This document shows positions 37,332 through 47,270 of a stretch of 64,000 nt of DNA, piece after piece. Every line of letters begins with the position of its first letter. Position 1 is the first letter of the stretch. Under the pieces are notes generated by a model that searched no databases, was not told the DNA's origin, and worked only from the letters and a program-made list of their open reading frames with translations. A program made the translations under genes and the position numbers. The stretch is from an uncultured Lachnospiraceae bacterium (GTDB taxonomy: Bacteria > Bacillota > Clostridia > Lachnospirales > Lachnospiraceae), in the NCBI GenBank assembly GCA_946622195.1, contig CAMOPH010000012.1, positions 222 to 64,221 of the forward strand. Reading direction: 5' to 3'.

Positions 37332-38927
37332 CTACTGAAGGTTATTGTTCTTTCTGTATTTCGAAGGCGTGCAGCCTTTGATTTCGATAAATTTTCTGAT
37401 GAAATAATCGCAGTCCATGTATCCGACTTCTTCCGCAATCTGGTTAATCTTCTTGTCGGTCATGATAAGCTGCTTGGCCGCTTCGTTGATTCGGATATTC
37501 GTTAAGTAATCCTTAAAAGAAACATTGTATTTCTTTCTGAAAACCTGTCCGAGATATGAACTGTTCATATAATATTTTTCGCCCAGGTTTCTTAAGGAAA
37601 TATTCTCGGCATAATGCTCCGCGATATCTTTTTCGATGCTTGAGAGAATGCCTCTTGAGACATTCTTTCTTAAGCTCATGAGGTAATCGGCATACTGAAG
37701 GGCGAAGTTTTTAAGGTGCTGGCTTGAACCTCTCGAGAGCGTCTCTTCGAAAGAGTTTTCCGAAATATACTGGATGACTTCTTCCTGATTGACATTGTCA
37801 TCCTGCTCGCTCGCAAGATGAATGAGTTGGAAGAGAAGGTAGTTGATGTTCAAGTTTGCGAGGTTGTAATTCTCTCCGACATTCGTGATTTCCTCGTAGA
37901 GTTTTTCCACGCTTTTTTCAATCTGGTCTTTCTCATTTTTTTCTATGGCGGCGATACATTCATCGAGACTTTTCTTGCAAAGATATGCACTCTTTTGTTC
38001 AATCTGAACTTCATCCTCGTAGATATATACTCTTTTTTCGTTGTGAAATCCTTTGATACTGTTAAGCATTCTGCAGGAGCTGTACGACTTGGCTATCTGT
38101 GAAATGTCGTTAACCCTTTTTCCGCAGATCATTCTGACGGGTTTTAAAAGCACGCCCTCAATCTTTTTAATCATGCTCTCAAAAAAGTCAATGTCGCTCA
38201 TATCGTATCTTGTAGCCATGTTGTCACAGTATATAAATCCTACATCATAGCTGGATTCGTCATAGGATACGTCAAAAATAAAATGATTGATGTTTTCTTT
38301 CTGAACTTCACGGCAGACGGAATGGAGCTGGTGCTGAAGAACTCTTGCGTCGTAATCGTCTTCTTCGTTTTCATGATATTCACCGGCTATCTCGATATCG
38401 ACATATCTTATCTTTCCGGAAAGCTGCATGTGTTTCTTTACATATTCGAGATTGTTATCGTCAAATTTTCCTTTGATAAGCGCAATGACGTTTCTTGCAA
38501 GATAGGCATCTTCCATCTTTTGACGGTCGTCTTCCTGCTCCTTGTTGGCACGGTCGAGATTGGAAACATTTCGTAAAAGAGAAAGAATGTCTTTTTTCTG
38601 TACGGGCTTTAAAATATAGTCCATACTGTTGAACTTAATGGCCCTTTGCGCATATGCAAAATCGTCGTAACCCGTAAGGATTGCGAATCTTGCCTTGGAT
38701 ATCCCCTTTTTCTGAATGTTTTCAAGAAGTTCCAAACCGGTCATAACAGGCATCTGAATATCCGAAATGATTAAATCCACTTCGTTGTTCTTTAAATAGT
38801 CGAGTGCCTCTTTTCCGTTGGATGCGGTATGAACTATCTCATACCCTTCTTTTTCCCAATCAACCAGTATCTTCAAGCCCTGTAAAATAAAAGGCTCGTC
38901 ATCCACAAGCATGACTTTTAACATCAT
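37332..38927 (-). CDS. AraC-type two-component response regulator (YesN-like)
   Basis: Receiver domain (VDDE, SDIQMP, LTGY, ILKP) and C-terminal AraC HTH (YLGQVF, IAEEVGY, GCTPSKYR). Confidence 0.92.
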   Translation of the reverse strand: MMLKVMLVDDEPFILQGLKILVDWEKEGYEIVHTASNGKEALDYLKNNEVDLIISDIQMPVMTGLELLENIQKKGISKARFAILTGYDDFAYAQRAIKFNSMDYILKPVQKKDILSLLRNVSNLDRANKEQEDDRQKMEDAYLARNVIALIKGKFDDNNLEYVKKHMQLSGKIRYVDIEIAGEYHENEEDDYDARVLQHQLHSVCREVQKENINHFIFDVSYDESSYDVGFIYCDNMATRYDMSDIDFFESMIKKIEGVLLKPVRMICGKRVNDISQIAKSYSSCRMLNSIKGFHNEKRVYIYEDEVQIEQKSAYLCKKSLDECIAAIEKNEKDQIEKSVEKLYEEITNVGENYNLANLNINYLLFQLIHLASEQDDNVNQEEVIQYISENSFEETLSRGSSQHLKNFALQYADYLMSLRKNVSRGILSSIEKDIAEHYAENISLRNLGEKYYMNSSYLGQVFRKKYNVSFKDYLTNIRINEAAKQLIMTDKKINQIAEEVGYMDCDYFIRKFIEIKGCTPSKYRKNNNLQ

Positions 38928-40732
38928 TCATCCTCCACAGCCTTCTTAAGTTTGTCAAATGGAATGCGGATAATTACGCTTAATCCGACTCCCGCTTCAC
39001 TCTCTATATCGAATTTAACCGAGTGTCCGGTTACCATTTTAAGTCTTAAGCATGCGTTCAAAATACCGACATGTTTTCTGTTTTTAATGGTTTCGATGGA
39101 AGCTTCCTCTATATCTTTGGTCATTTCAAGGACCTTCTCTTCACTCATGCCCTCGCCGGTATCTTCGACTTCGATGAAAAGTTCCTTTTCTCCTTTATAG
39201 ACACGAACGAAAATCCAACCCTGAGTGGCTTTCGATTCGATTCCGTGAACGCATGCGTTTTCAACGAATGTAACCACGGTAAGCTTAGGTACAAGGTAAA
39301 GTTCGCAGTCCTCATCGACATCGATGTCAAACGAAAGTCTGTCTCCGAATCTGTAACTTTGAAGAGCAAGATACGCTTCGATTGATTCGATTTCTTTCTT
39401 TATCGTAACAAAATCCTTACCCCATTCAACGTTCTGCCTCTCCATTACGGCAAGTTTGTCGACCATGGACGCGGTTTCTGTCTCTCCCTTTAAAAGAGAA
39501 TGCATTCTGATACTCTCGAGCGCATTAAACATAAAATGCGGATTTATCTGACTTTGCAGTGCCAGAAGCTCGGCCTTTTGTCTGGCGATATCGCTTTCCT
39601 GTTCCTTAATCTTATCCTTATAAACGGTGGTTACAAGTTCGTTGGTGATTTCGACCATCTTGTTGTATTTATTCATAAGGGAGGCAAGTTCATCGCTGCC
39701 CTGTACATCCTTAATCGAATTAAATGTATTGGTTTTCTCGCTTCCGAACGCATTTTCAAGAACCGTAATTCTCTTTGTAACCGTATTCTCGATTACAGTA
39801 AGCATGAAAAACGGGATGAAAACCGTAATGAAGATAAGGAATAAAAGAATCCGCCAGTTGTCTCTTAAAACCGATGAGATAATCTTTTCTTCGTTAACGA
39901 TTATGATATCAACCTTTGCACCCGCGATATTGACGGTCTTTACAACATTGTTTTTGTTGGTCAGATCCACCTGCGATCTGTAGATGATGGAATCGCCGAG
40001 CGTGGAGAATACCACATAATCATCGATGATTACGTATGCGGGATACTTTGAATTGAAGGACTTTAAATTGCTTTGAAGCGTGCTCGAGTCGTGGCCGATT
40101 ACAACGAGTTTTCCGATTCCGCTCTCGCTTTCATAGTCCATTCTTTTTATATAATAAAATTTTCTCTTGCTTCTGAATTCGCTTGTTTCGTTAACGTCGT
40201 AATATGCGCTGATAAGGTCTTTTCTGTCGCTTTTTATAAAATCCTGATACCATTTCTGGGTATATACCCTGGAAAGCTTTTTGACGAACTGCGAATCGAG
40301 AATCGACTCATTGTCGGCATAGATTACGATACTGTTTCTGTTTAAGCCCGAAGTTGTCTCCAAAAACGAATCGTAAATAACCTGCGTGTATTCATCATAA
40401 AAATCATACTCCGTCTTGAAGTCCTTTATGACAAAGGCATTTATCTTGGGGTTCATGTTAACACTTTCGGCAAGTGTAACATCGCTGCTTAACATGTTTT
40501 CGAAATAGTTTTGATATACGCCGGCAATATATTCCATGTCGTATTTCGTGGAATTGATTTCCTGCTGGTAAACCGCATTCAAAATAATACTGTCGGTAAC
40601 GATAAGCGGTAAAATTACGCACGAAAAATAGAGCACAAAAAATTTGTGTCTGAATCGAAGATTGTTAAAAAACTTTTCTATCGGTTTTACAAGAAATCTC
40701 AAAACTTTTCTCATACGCCACAATTTTATCAT
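38924..40732 (-). CDS. sensor histidine kinase (YesM/LytS type)
   Basis: Two TMs flanking an extracellular domain; ALQSQINPHFMFNALE, VENACVHG, DTGEG. Confidence 0.92.
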   Translation of the reverse strand: MIKLWRMRKVLRFLVKPIEKFFNNLRFRHKFFVLYFSCVILPLIVTDSIILNAVYQQEINSTKYDMEYIAGVYQNYFENMLSSDVTLAESVNMNPKINAFVIKDFKTEYDFYDEYTQVIYDSFLETTSGLNRNSIVIYADNESILDSQFVKKLSRVYTQKWYQDFIKSDRKDLISAYYDVNETSEFRSKRKFYYIKRMDYESESGIGKLVVIGHDSSTLQSNLKSFNSKYPAYVIIDDYVVFSTLGDSIIYRSQVDLTNKNNVVKTVNIAGAKVDIIIVNEEKIISSVLRDNWRILLFLIFITVFIPFFMLTVIENTVTKRITVLENAFGSEKTNTFNSIKDVQGSDELASLMNKYNKMVEITNELVTTVYKDKIKEQESDIARQKAELLALQSQINPHFMFNALESIRMHSLLKGETETASMVDKLAVMERQNVEWGKDFVTIKKEIESIEAYLALQSYRFGDRLSFDIDVDEDCELYLVPKLTVVTFVENACVHGIESKATQGWIFVRVYKGEKELFIEVEDTGEGMSEEKVLEMTKDIEEASIETIKNRKHVGILNACLRLKMVTGHSVKFDIESEAGVGLSVIIRIPFDKLKKAVEDE

Positions 40733-40792
40733 AAAAGCTCGTAAAGTGCCACGTGAAAAGTGCCCCCTTCTCTCCCGATAATACTATTTTGA

Positions 40793-40848
40793 TTGACTGA
40801 AACAGTAAAAATGAGTATAATTGTTTTAGGTTAGCATAAACTAACTTA
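40793..40848 (+). promoter_or_regulatory. xylA promoter with downstream palindromic operator (XylR/ROK-like)
   Basis: TTGACT (40793)-17 bp-TATAAT (40816); imperfect palindrome TAGGTTAGCATAAACTAACTTA at 40827-40848; RBS AGGAGG at 40861. Confidence 0.65.
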
Positions 40849-40874
40849 TAGCAAAATAACAGGAGGTACTTTCA

Positions 40875-41343
40875 ATGAGTGAAATATTTACAAACATACC
40901 TGAAATTAAATATGAAGGACCAAACAGCAAAAATGCTTTCGCTTTCAAGTATTACGATCCCGATAAGGTAGTGTTGGGTAAAAAAAATTGTTAATAACGG
41001 CGGCCTTCCCGTAGGTATCAACTTCGATTCGAAGAACAGACGTCCCAGCAATACATACGAAGACATGTTCCATGCCTTTATTCTCGGAATGGATTCCTTC
41101 GCTTTCGGACTTCTTAAAGCTGCAGCGCTTATCGAAGACGGCAGAATCGAAGGATTTGTTGATAAGAAATATGAAAGCTTTGATTCGGATCTCGGCAAGA
41201 AAATCAGGAACGGAGAAACAACTCTTGCGGAACTTGCCCAAAGAGCAAGTGAGTTGAAAAATGTTAAGACTCCTGTCTCCGGCAATCAGGAATATCTTGA
41301 GGGAGTTTTAAACAATATTCTTCTTTCCGGATTTGATTCATAA
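40875..41343 (+). pseudogene. xylA: xylose isomerase (class II), internally deleted and frameshifted
   Basis: ATG 40875 reads [37 protein letters not shown] and stops at 40994; another frame from 40987 reads [21 protein letters not shown]...SGNQEYLEGVLNN; joined in an A8 run at 40980-40987. Confidence 0.92.
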
Positions 41344-41358
41344 TATATTCCTCTTCGT

Positions 41359-41394
41359 AAAAGAACCCGATGCCAAAGGCACCGGGTTCTTTTT
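41359..41394. terminator. bidirectional terminator between xylA and the isomerase gene
   Basis: AAAAGAACCCGATGCC-AAA-GGCACCGGGTTCTTTT between convergent genes. Confidence 0.8.
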
Positions 41395-41413
41395 GCATTT
41401 AAACTTTATTATC

Positions 41414-42898
41414 TTACTTGAAAGGATTCTCTGTAGGATAAGGAAGTGATGCGGGCTGATTGTAGTTGATATCCTCGATGGGTACTCCGATGTATTTGAA
41501 TACTTCATAGAGTGCCTTGCCGTGATGACCGAATGTAACGGCACCGTGGTGAGGATAGTTCTTCTCAATAAGCACGTGACGATAGAAACGTCCCATTTCC
41601 TTGATAGCGAATACACCGATACCACCGAATGACTTGGTAGCAACGGGAAGTACTTCACCTTCTGCAAGATATGCTCTGATCTTTGCATCAGCTGTAGACT
41701 GAAGTCTGAAGAATGTGATATCTCCGGGGATGATGTCTCCTTCGAGTGTTCCGTTTGTAACTTCGATGGGAAGTGCTCTCGCCATGATCATCTGATACTT
41801 CATCTCATGGAATGCAAGCTTCTTGGAGCATGTATTTCCGCAGTGGAATCCCATGAATGTATCTGTATGCTTGTAATCAAACTTGCCTTCGATAGACTCT
41901 TTGTACATATCCTTGGGAACGGAGTTGTTGATATCAAGAAGAGTAACAACGTCTTCAGATACGCATGTACCGATGAACTCTGATAAGCATCCATAGATAT
42001 CTACTTCGCATGATACGGGGATACCCATACCTGTTAAACGGGAGTTAACATAGCAGGGAACGAATCCGAACTGTGTCTGGAAAGCGGGCCAGCACTTACC
42101 TGCGATGGCAACATACTCTCTGTATCCCTTGTGAGCCTCAACCCAGTCAAGAAGTGTTAATTCGTACTGAGCAAGTTTAGCAAGTACTTCGGGCTTCTTG
42201 TTGCCTGCGCCGAGTTCTTCTTCCATCTCTTTAACCTTAGCGGGAATTCTTTCATCTCCTGCATGCTTGTTAAATGATTCGAAAAGGTCAAGTTCTGAGT
42301 TCTCTTCGATTTCAACACCGAGGTTGTAAAGCTGCTTAATAGGAGCGTTACAAGCAAGGAAGTTAAGAGGTCTGGGACCAAATGATATAATTTTAAGTTT
42401 TGAAAGACCAACGAGTGCTCTTGCTACGGGGATGAAGTCATTGATCATCTTAGCGCAATCCTCAGCATCACCTACGGGATACTCGGGAATATAAGCACCT
42501 ACGTTACGAAGTTTTAAGTTGTAGCTTGCGTTAAGCATACCGCAGTATGCATCACCTCTGCCGCCGCAAAGGTCATTCTGTGTTTCTTCTGCTGCTGCAC
42601 AGAACATCTTGGGGCCTTCAAAGTGCTTAGCAAGAAGTGTTTCGGAAATTTCGGGGCCGAAGTTTCCAAGGTATACGCAAAGTGCGTTACAGCCGGCTTT
42701 CTTGATATCCTCAAGAGCCTGAACCATATGAATTTCGCTCTCAACGATACAGATAGGGCATTCATAGATATCTGCTGCATCATATTTAGCCTTGTAAGCT
42801 TCAACGAGTGCTTTTCTTCTGTTAACCGAAAGTGATTCGGGGAAACAGTCACGGCTTACAGCCACGATACCAAGTTTAATCTTAGGAATGTTGTTCAT
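41414..42898 (-). CDS. L-fucose/L-arabinose isomerase family protein, probable XylA-II-type xylose isomerase
   Basis: VSRDCFP, GNFGPE, RGDAYCG, KCWP, CEVDIYG, FHCGN, PHHGAV; last gene of the xylB-tkt run; start ATG 42898 after GGGAGG. Confidence 0.8.
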   Translation of the reverse strand: MNNIPKIKLGIVAVSRDCFPESLSVNRRKALVEAYKAKYDAADIYECPICIVESEIHMVQALEDIKKAGCNALCVYLGNFGPEISETLLAKHFEGPKMFCAAAEETQNDLCGGRGDAYCGMLNASYNLKLRNVGAYIPEYPVGDAEDCAKMINDFIPVARALVGLSKLKIISFGPRPLNFLACNAPIKQLYNLGVEIEENSELDLFESFNKHAGDERIPAKVKEMEEELGAGNKKPEVLAKLAQYELTLLDWVEAHKGYREYVAIAGKCWPAFQTQFGFVPCYVNSRLTGMGIPVSCEVDIYGCLSEFIGTCVSEDVVTLLDINNSVPKDMYKESIEGKFDYKHTDTFMGFHCGNTCSKKLAFHEMKYQMIMARALPIEVTNGTLEGDIIPGDITFFRLQSTADAKIRAYLAEGEVLPVATKSFGGIGVFAIKEMGRFYRHVLIEKNYPHHGAVTFGHHGKALYEVFKYIGVPIEDINYNQPASLPYPTENPFK

Positions 42899-43021
42899 AA
42901 ATTTGCCTCCCATTATATATTTTCTTTTTTGTTTTATATTACAAACTTTTCCTTTTTCTTTAAACAGCCGCAAAAGTTGAAAAAGGTTTTCAAGTTTATA
43001 AACTATACCGCAGAATCCGTA

Positions 43022-43960
43022 TTAAACGAATTCTTTAACGCCTTCGATAATGCCTTCGGCGTCGAGTTTGAACTTATGAAGAAGCTGTGCAGCTGTTCCG
43101 GACTCGCCGAATACATCCTGTACGCCAATCTTCTTAAGTGTAGCAACACCTGTCTCTGCAAGGACATCTGCAACAGCGCTTCCTAAGCCGCCGATAACGG
43201 AATGCTCTTCAACTGTTACAACCTTTCCTGTCTTCTTTGCACTTGCAAGTACAAGATCCTTGTCAAGAGGTTTGATTGTATGGATATTGATAACTTCTGC
43301 ATCGATACCGTCTGCCTTAAGAGCTTCTGCTGCCTTAAGTGCTTCGCATACGCAAACGCCTGTAGCGATGATTGTTACGTCCTTACCTTCTTTAAGTGTG
43401 ATTCCTTTTCCGATTTCGAATTTGTAATCGGGGTTGTCGTTGATTACGGGAACCGCACTTCTGCCGAATCTCATGTAAACGGGACCTACATATTCTGCAG
43501 CTGCCTTAACTGCTGCCTTTGCTTCAACATCATCAGAAGGAACGATAACCGTCATTCCGGGAATTGTTCTCATTAAAGCGATATCTTCGTTACACTGATG
43601 TGTTGCACCGTCTTCACCGACAGTAACACCTGCGTGTGTTGCACCGATTTTTACATTGAGATGAGGATATCCCACGGAGTTTCTTACCTGCTCGAAAGCA
43701 CGTCCTGAAGCGAACATTGCAAAGGATGAGCAGAAAGGAATAATTCCCGTGGTGGAAAGACCTGCTGCGATACCTACCATGTTACACTCTGCAATACCGC
43801 AATCAATATGTCTTTCGGGAAAAGCCTTCTTAAATGTACCTGTCTTTGTAGCGCCTGCAAGATCGGCATCAAGTACATACACTTTATCGTTTGATTTTCC
43901 TAATTCAACAAGAGCGTTGCCGTAGCTCTCTCTTGTAGCTATTTTTACTGCATCAGACAT
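43022..43960 (-). CDS. tkt: transketolase, C-terminal subunit
   Basis: ATRESYG, DADL, GIAE, GEDGATHQ, EEHSVIGGLG. Confidence 0.93.
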   Translation of the reverse strand: MSDAVKIATRESYGNALVELGKSNDKVYVLDADLAGATKTGTFKKAFPERHIDCGIAECNMVGIAAGLSTTGIIPFCSSFAMFASGRAFEQVRNSVGYPHLNVKIGATHAGVTVGEDGATHQCNEDIALMRTIPGMTVIVPSDDVEAKAAVKAAAEYVGPVYMRFGRSAVPVINDNPDYKFEIGKGITLKEGKDVTIIATGVCVCEALKAAEALKADGIDAEVINIHTIKPLDKDLVLASAKKTGKVVTVEEHSVIGGLGSAVADVLAETGVATLKKIGVQDVFGESGTAAQLLHKFKLDAEGIIEGVKEFV

Positions 43961-44783
43961 ACTCTTTACCAATCCTTTCCAAATCTTCCATGGCAACTGC
44001 ATACTGCTCGTCGTTGGGAGCTGTTCCGTGCCATGAAGCCTGATTTTCCATGAATGATACGCCCTTGCCCTTTACCGTCTTTGCAATAATAGCTGTAGGC
44101 ATACCCTTTGTCTCTCTTGCTTTCTTGAAAGCATCTGCGATCTGGGTAAAATCATGACCGTCGATTTCGATTACATTGAAATTGAATGCTTTGAACTTGT
44201 CAGTGATGGGGTAAGGAGAACATACATCTTCAATCTTACCGTCAATCTGAAGTCCGTTGTTATCTACGATTACTACAAGATTGTCAAGTTTTCTGTGACC
44301 TGCAAACATTGCTGCTTCCCAGATCTGACCTTCCTGGATTTCACCGTCTCCGCAAAGAGCATATACTCTGTAATCCTTGTTTAAAAGCTTTGCTGAAAGA
44401 GCCATGCCGCATGCTGCAGATACGCCCTGTCCGAGTGATCCTGAAGACATATCGACACCGGGAGTTTCCTGCATACAGGGATGTCCCTGAAGTCTTGATC
44501 CGAGTTTTCTTAATGTCTCAAGCTCTTCAACGGGGAAATATCCTCTGTTGGCAAGTGTTGAGTAAAGTGCGGGAGCAACATGTCCCTTGGACAATACAAA
44601 ACGGTCTCTGTCTTCCTTCTTGGGATTTGCAGGATCGATGTTCATCTCTTCAAAGTAGAGATATGTCATGATATCAGCTGCGGAAAGCGATCCGCCGGGA
44701 TGTCCGGCTTTAGCTGCATGAACTGCAGTAACTATACCTTTTCTGACATCATTGGCCTTTTTCTTAAGTTCCAATTCGTTCAT
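43953..44783 (-). CDS. tkt: transketolase, N-terminal subunit
   Basis: GHPGGSLS, LSKGH, LQGHP, GSLGQG, TPP motif GDGE...N. Confidence 0.93.
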   Translation of the reverse strand: MNELELKKKANDVRKGIVTAVHAAKAGHPGGSLSAADIMTYLYFEEMNIDPANPKKEDRDRFVLSKGHVAPALYSTLANRGYFPVEELETLRKLGSRLQGHPCMQETPGVDMSSGSLGQGVSAACGMALSAKLLNKDYRVYALCGDGEIQEGQIWEAAMFAGHRKLDNLVVIVDNNGLQIDGKIEDVCSPYPITDKFKAFNFNVIEIDGHDFTQIADAFKKARETKGMPTAIIAKTVKGKGVSFMENQASWHGTAPNDEQYAVAMEDLERIGKEYV

Positions 44784-44806
44784 ACTTTTTCTCCTGTTTT
44801 TTTATA

Positions 44807-46276
44807 TTACTTAATGATATCAAATATAGGCTTGCAAGCCGGATAAATGGTCTTGAACTGCTGATACTTCTTCTCATACTTTTCAACAAGTACGGGATCG
44901 GGTTTTTCAACATCAAGAACTTTAACGATTGCCTTTGCTGCTTCTTCTACTGATGCGTATTCGCCGCATCCTACTGCTGCAAGCATTGCACCGCCGAGGC
45001 CGGGTCCTTCTTCGGATGTGATTCTTTCAACTTCCATGTTCATGATGTTGGTAATCATCTTTCTCCAGAGAGGGCTCTTTGCACCGCCGCCGCAGATTCT
45101 TGTCTTTGTGAGAGGAATGCCGAGGCTTCTTGCTACTTCGATTGAATCACGAAGTCCGAATGCAACGCCTTCGAGAACTGCCTGAGTCATGTCTTCTCTT
45201 GTGGAATCCATTGTAAGTCCGATGAATGTTCCTCTTGCATCGGGGTTGTTGTGAGGCGATCTTTCTCCCATTAAGTAAGGAAGAAAGAATACGTGATTCT
45301 CACCAAGCTTTGTAATGTTTGCCTGCTCAGCTGCGTAATCTTTGGTCTTGATGATTTCATCCATCCACCACTTGTTGCATGAAGCTGCTGAAAGCATGCA
45401 TCCCATAAGATGGAAGTTGCCGTCTGCATGGTCGAATGAGTGAAGAGCGTTGTTCTCATCAACACCGAACTTAGCCGATGAAATGAATACTGTTCCGGAT
45501 GTACCGAGAGAAATGTTGCATCCGCCGTCGCCTACAACACCTGTACCTACAGCTGCTGCCGCATTGTCGCCTGCACCTGCGCAAACCTTAACGTTGTCCG
45601 TGAATCCGATTTCTTTTGCGATTTCGGGCTTAACGGTACCTGTAACTTCATAAGATTCGTATAGCTTGGGAAGCATGGATTCGTCTACGCCGCAGATCTC
45701 GCACATTTTCTTTGACCACTTCTTATTCTTAACATCAAGTAAAAGCATACCTGAAGCATCCGAGTAGTCTGTTGAGAATACGCCCGAAAGAACATATGCG
45801 ATATAGTCCTTGGGAAGCATAATCTTTTTAATCTTTGCGAAATTCTCGGGCTCGTTGGCTTTCATCCAAAGAATCTTGGGAGCCGTGAATCCTGCGAATG
45901 CGATATTTGCTGTCTCTGCAGAAAGAACATCTTTTCCGATTACATTATTTAAATAATCCGTTTCTTTCTGTGTACGTCCGTCGTTCCAGAGAATTGCGGG
46001 TCTGATTACATTGTCGTTCTCATCAAGAACTACAAGACCGTGCATCTGTCCGCCGAAACTGATGCCTGCTACTTTTGTGGCATCAAAATCTTTAACTAAT
46101 TCTTTTAATCCTTCAAGTACTGCAGCCTTCCAGTCTTCGGGCTTTTGCTCCGACCAGCCGGGATGGGGGAAGTACAGAGGATATTCTTTTGATACGGAAC
46201 TTACGATTGTGCCGTCTTTTTCCATCATGATTAACTTAACGGCAGATGTTCCGAGATCAACTCCGATATAATACAT
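44807..46276 (-). CDS. xylB: xylulokinase
   Basis: GVDLGTS, GQMHG, AILWNDGR, GFTAPK, GAGDNAAAA, LPYLMGERSP, GGGAKS. Confidence 0.93.
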   Translation of the reverse strand: MYYIGVDLGTSAVKLIMMEKDGTIVSSVSKEYPLYFPHPGWSEQKPEDWKAAVLEGLKELVKDFDATKVAGISFGGQMHGLVVLDENDNVIRPAILWNDGRTQKETDYLNNVIGKDVLSAETANIAFAGFTAPKILWMKANEPENFAKIKKIMLPKDYIAYVLSGVFSTDYSDASGMLLLDVKNKKWSKKMCEICGVDESMLPKLYESYEVTGTVKPEIAKEIGFTDNVKVCAGAGDNAAAAVGTGVVGDGGCNISLGTSGTVFISSAKFGVDENNALHSFDHADGNFHLMGCMLSAASCNKWWMDEIIKTKDYAAEQANITKLGENHVFFLPYLMGERSPHNNPDARGTFIGLTMDSTREDMTQAVLEGVAFGLRDSIEVARSLGIPLTKTRICGGGAKSPLWRKMITNIMNMEVERITSEEGPGLGGAMLAAVGCGEYASVEEAAKAIVKVLDVEKPDPVLVEKYEKKYQQFKTIYPACKPIFDIIK

Positions 46277-46318
46277 ATTCTGTCTCCTTTTATGTGTTTT
46301 GGTTATAAATTTACTAAA

Positions 46319-46939
46319 TTAATCGATTGTGATGTTCTCACCTACAAGACCGTTGAAAGCGCCGTCGATCTTGGCATCTTCATGAGCGATGAGCCACTTG
46401 TTGACTGCTGTAAGAAGTCTGTCTTCCTTGGTTGAGTTGGGTTTGAATGTAAGATCGTAGTTGGTTCCCTTGGGAAGAACTACAACTGCCTTGAAGCCCT
46501 TGTCTTCTACGTGGCAGGGTGCATAGTGAAGTGTTGTTGCATACATTTCAACTGCTACGCCTGCAGGTACAAGGAATGCTTCAATCTTGGATGTATCGTA
46601 TTTGAAATCTTCAGTAACATCCTTTAATTCGCCGATAAGAAGAACCATATCATAAAGGGCAACGTTGATTTCGGAATCTCTGTGATACTCAACTGCATTG
46701 AGTGCCTTGTTGTGTCCGTTGCACATACCGATCTGGATGGGCATGCCGCCATAGAGACTCTCGGAAATAATCTTGGTTGCGGGTGTGCTCTCAAGTTCCT
46801 TAACTCCGGGGAAGTATTCAACACCTTCTGCGGGCATCGGAAGAGCTTCGAGGTTCTTCAAGATCTCGGAAAAATCAATTCCTTCGATAATCTTGCCGTA
46901 CTTTTTGAATGAGGGGTCTGTTACTTTTTTGATTTCCAT
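46319..46939 (-). CDS. DUF4867-like protein
   Basis: YGGMPIQIG.CNG, EYHRDSE, TLHYAPC, VVLPKGTN, NKWLIAH; directly upstream of xylB. Confidence 0.75.
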   Translation of the reverse strand: MEIKKVTDPSFKKYGKIIEGIDFSEILKNLEALPMPAEGVEYFPGVKELESTPATKIISESLYGGMPIQIGMCNGHNKALNAVEYHRDSEINVALYDMVLLIGELKDVTEDFKYDTSKIEAFLVPAGVAVEMYATTLHYAPCHVEDKGFKAVVVLPKGTNYDLTFKPNSTKEDRLLTAVNKWLIAHEDAKIDGAFNGLVGENITID

Positions 46940-47013
46940 ATTTCTCTCTCCTTTTATTTTTTACGCTTCACGCGATATTTTATATTTTGGGGGAATCGTT
47001 TTTTACCATTAAC

Positions 47014-47268
47014 TTACACCCATTTCCGATTGGGACATTTGGATTGTTTCATTGCAGCACGTATTTCCACATAGCAGCCGCACGAAAGACAGGTTCCGGC
47101 ATTAAGCTTATCGCATTCTTTGCATGTGTCCAGTCGGGATTTGTACAAACCCTCGCTGCTTCTGTCTTCCGGTCTGATGATGTCGACATGCTTGCCTATC
47201 ATCTCGCGATAGGCTTCTTCGCCCATATCCGAAATAAGGCATCGTCTGCAGATTTTCTTATATTCCAT
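47014..47268 (-). CDS. small Cys-rich protein (DUF6171-like)
   Basis: CRRC, RL..CKEC, C..CGCYVE.RA, CP..KW. Confidence 0.75.
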   Translation of the reverse strand: MEYKKICRRCLISDMGEEAYREMIGKHVDIIRPEDRSSEGLYKSRLDTCKECDKLNAGTCLSCGCYVEIRAAMKQSKCPNRKWV

Positions 47269-47270
47269 AT

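Noticed and set aside
40743-40764. Direct repeat AAAGTGCC x2 upstream of the kinase
   Set aside because: Only 8 bp, two copies, not seen elsewhere; could be chance.
40980-40987. Programmed frameshift or phase variation at the A8 run restoring XylA
   Set aside because: Even in frame the product would be about 155 aa and lack the catalytic barrel.
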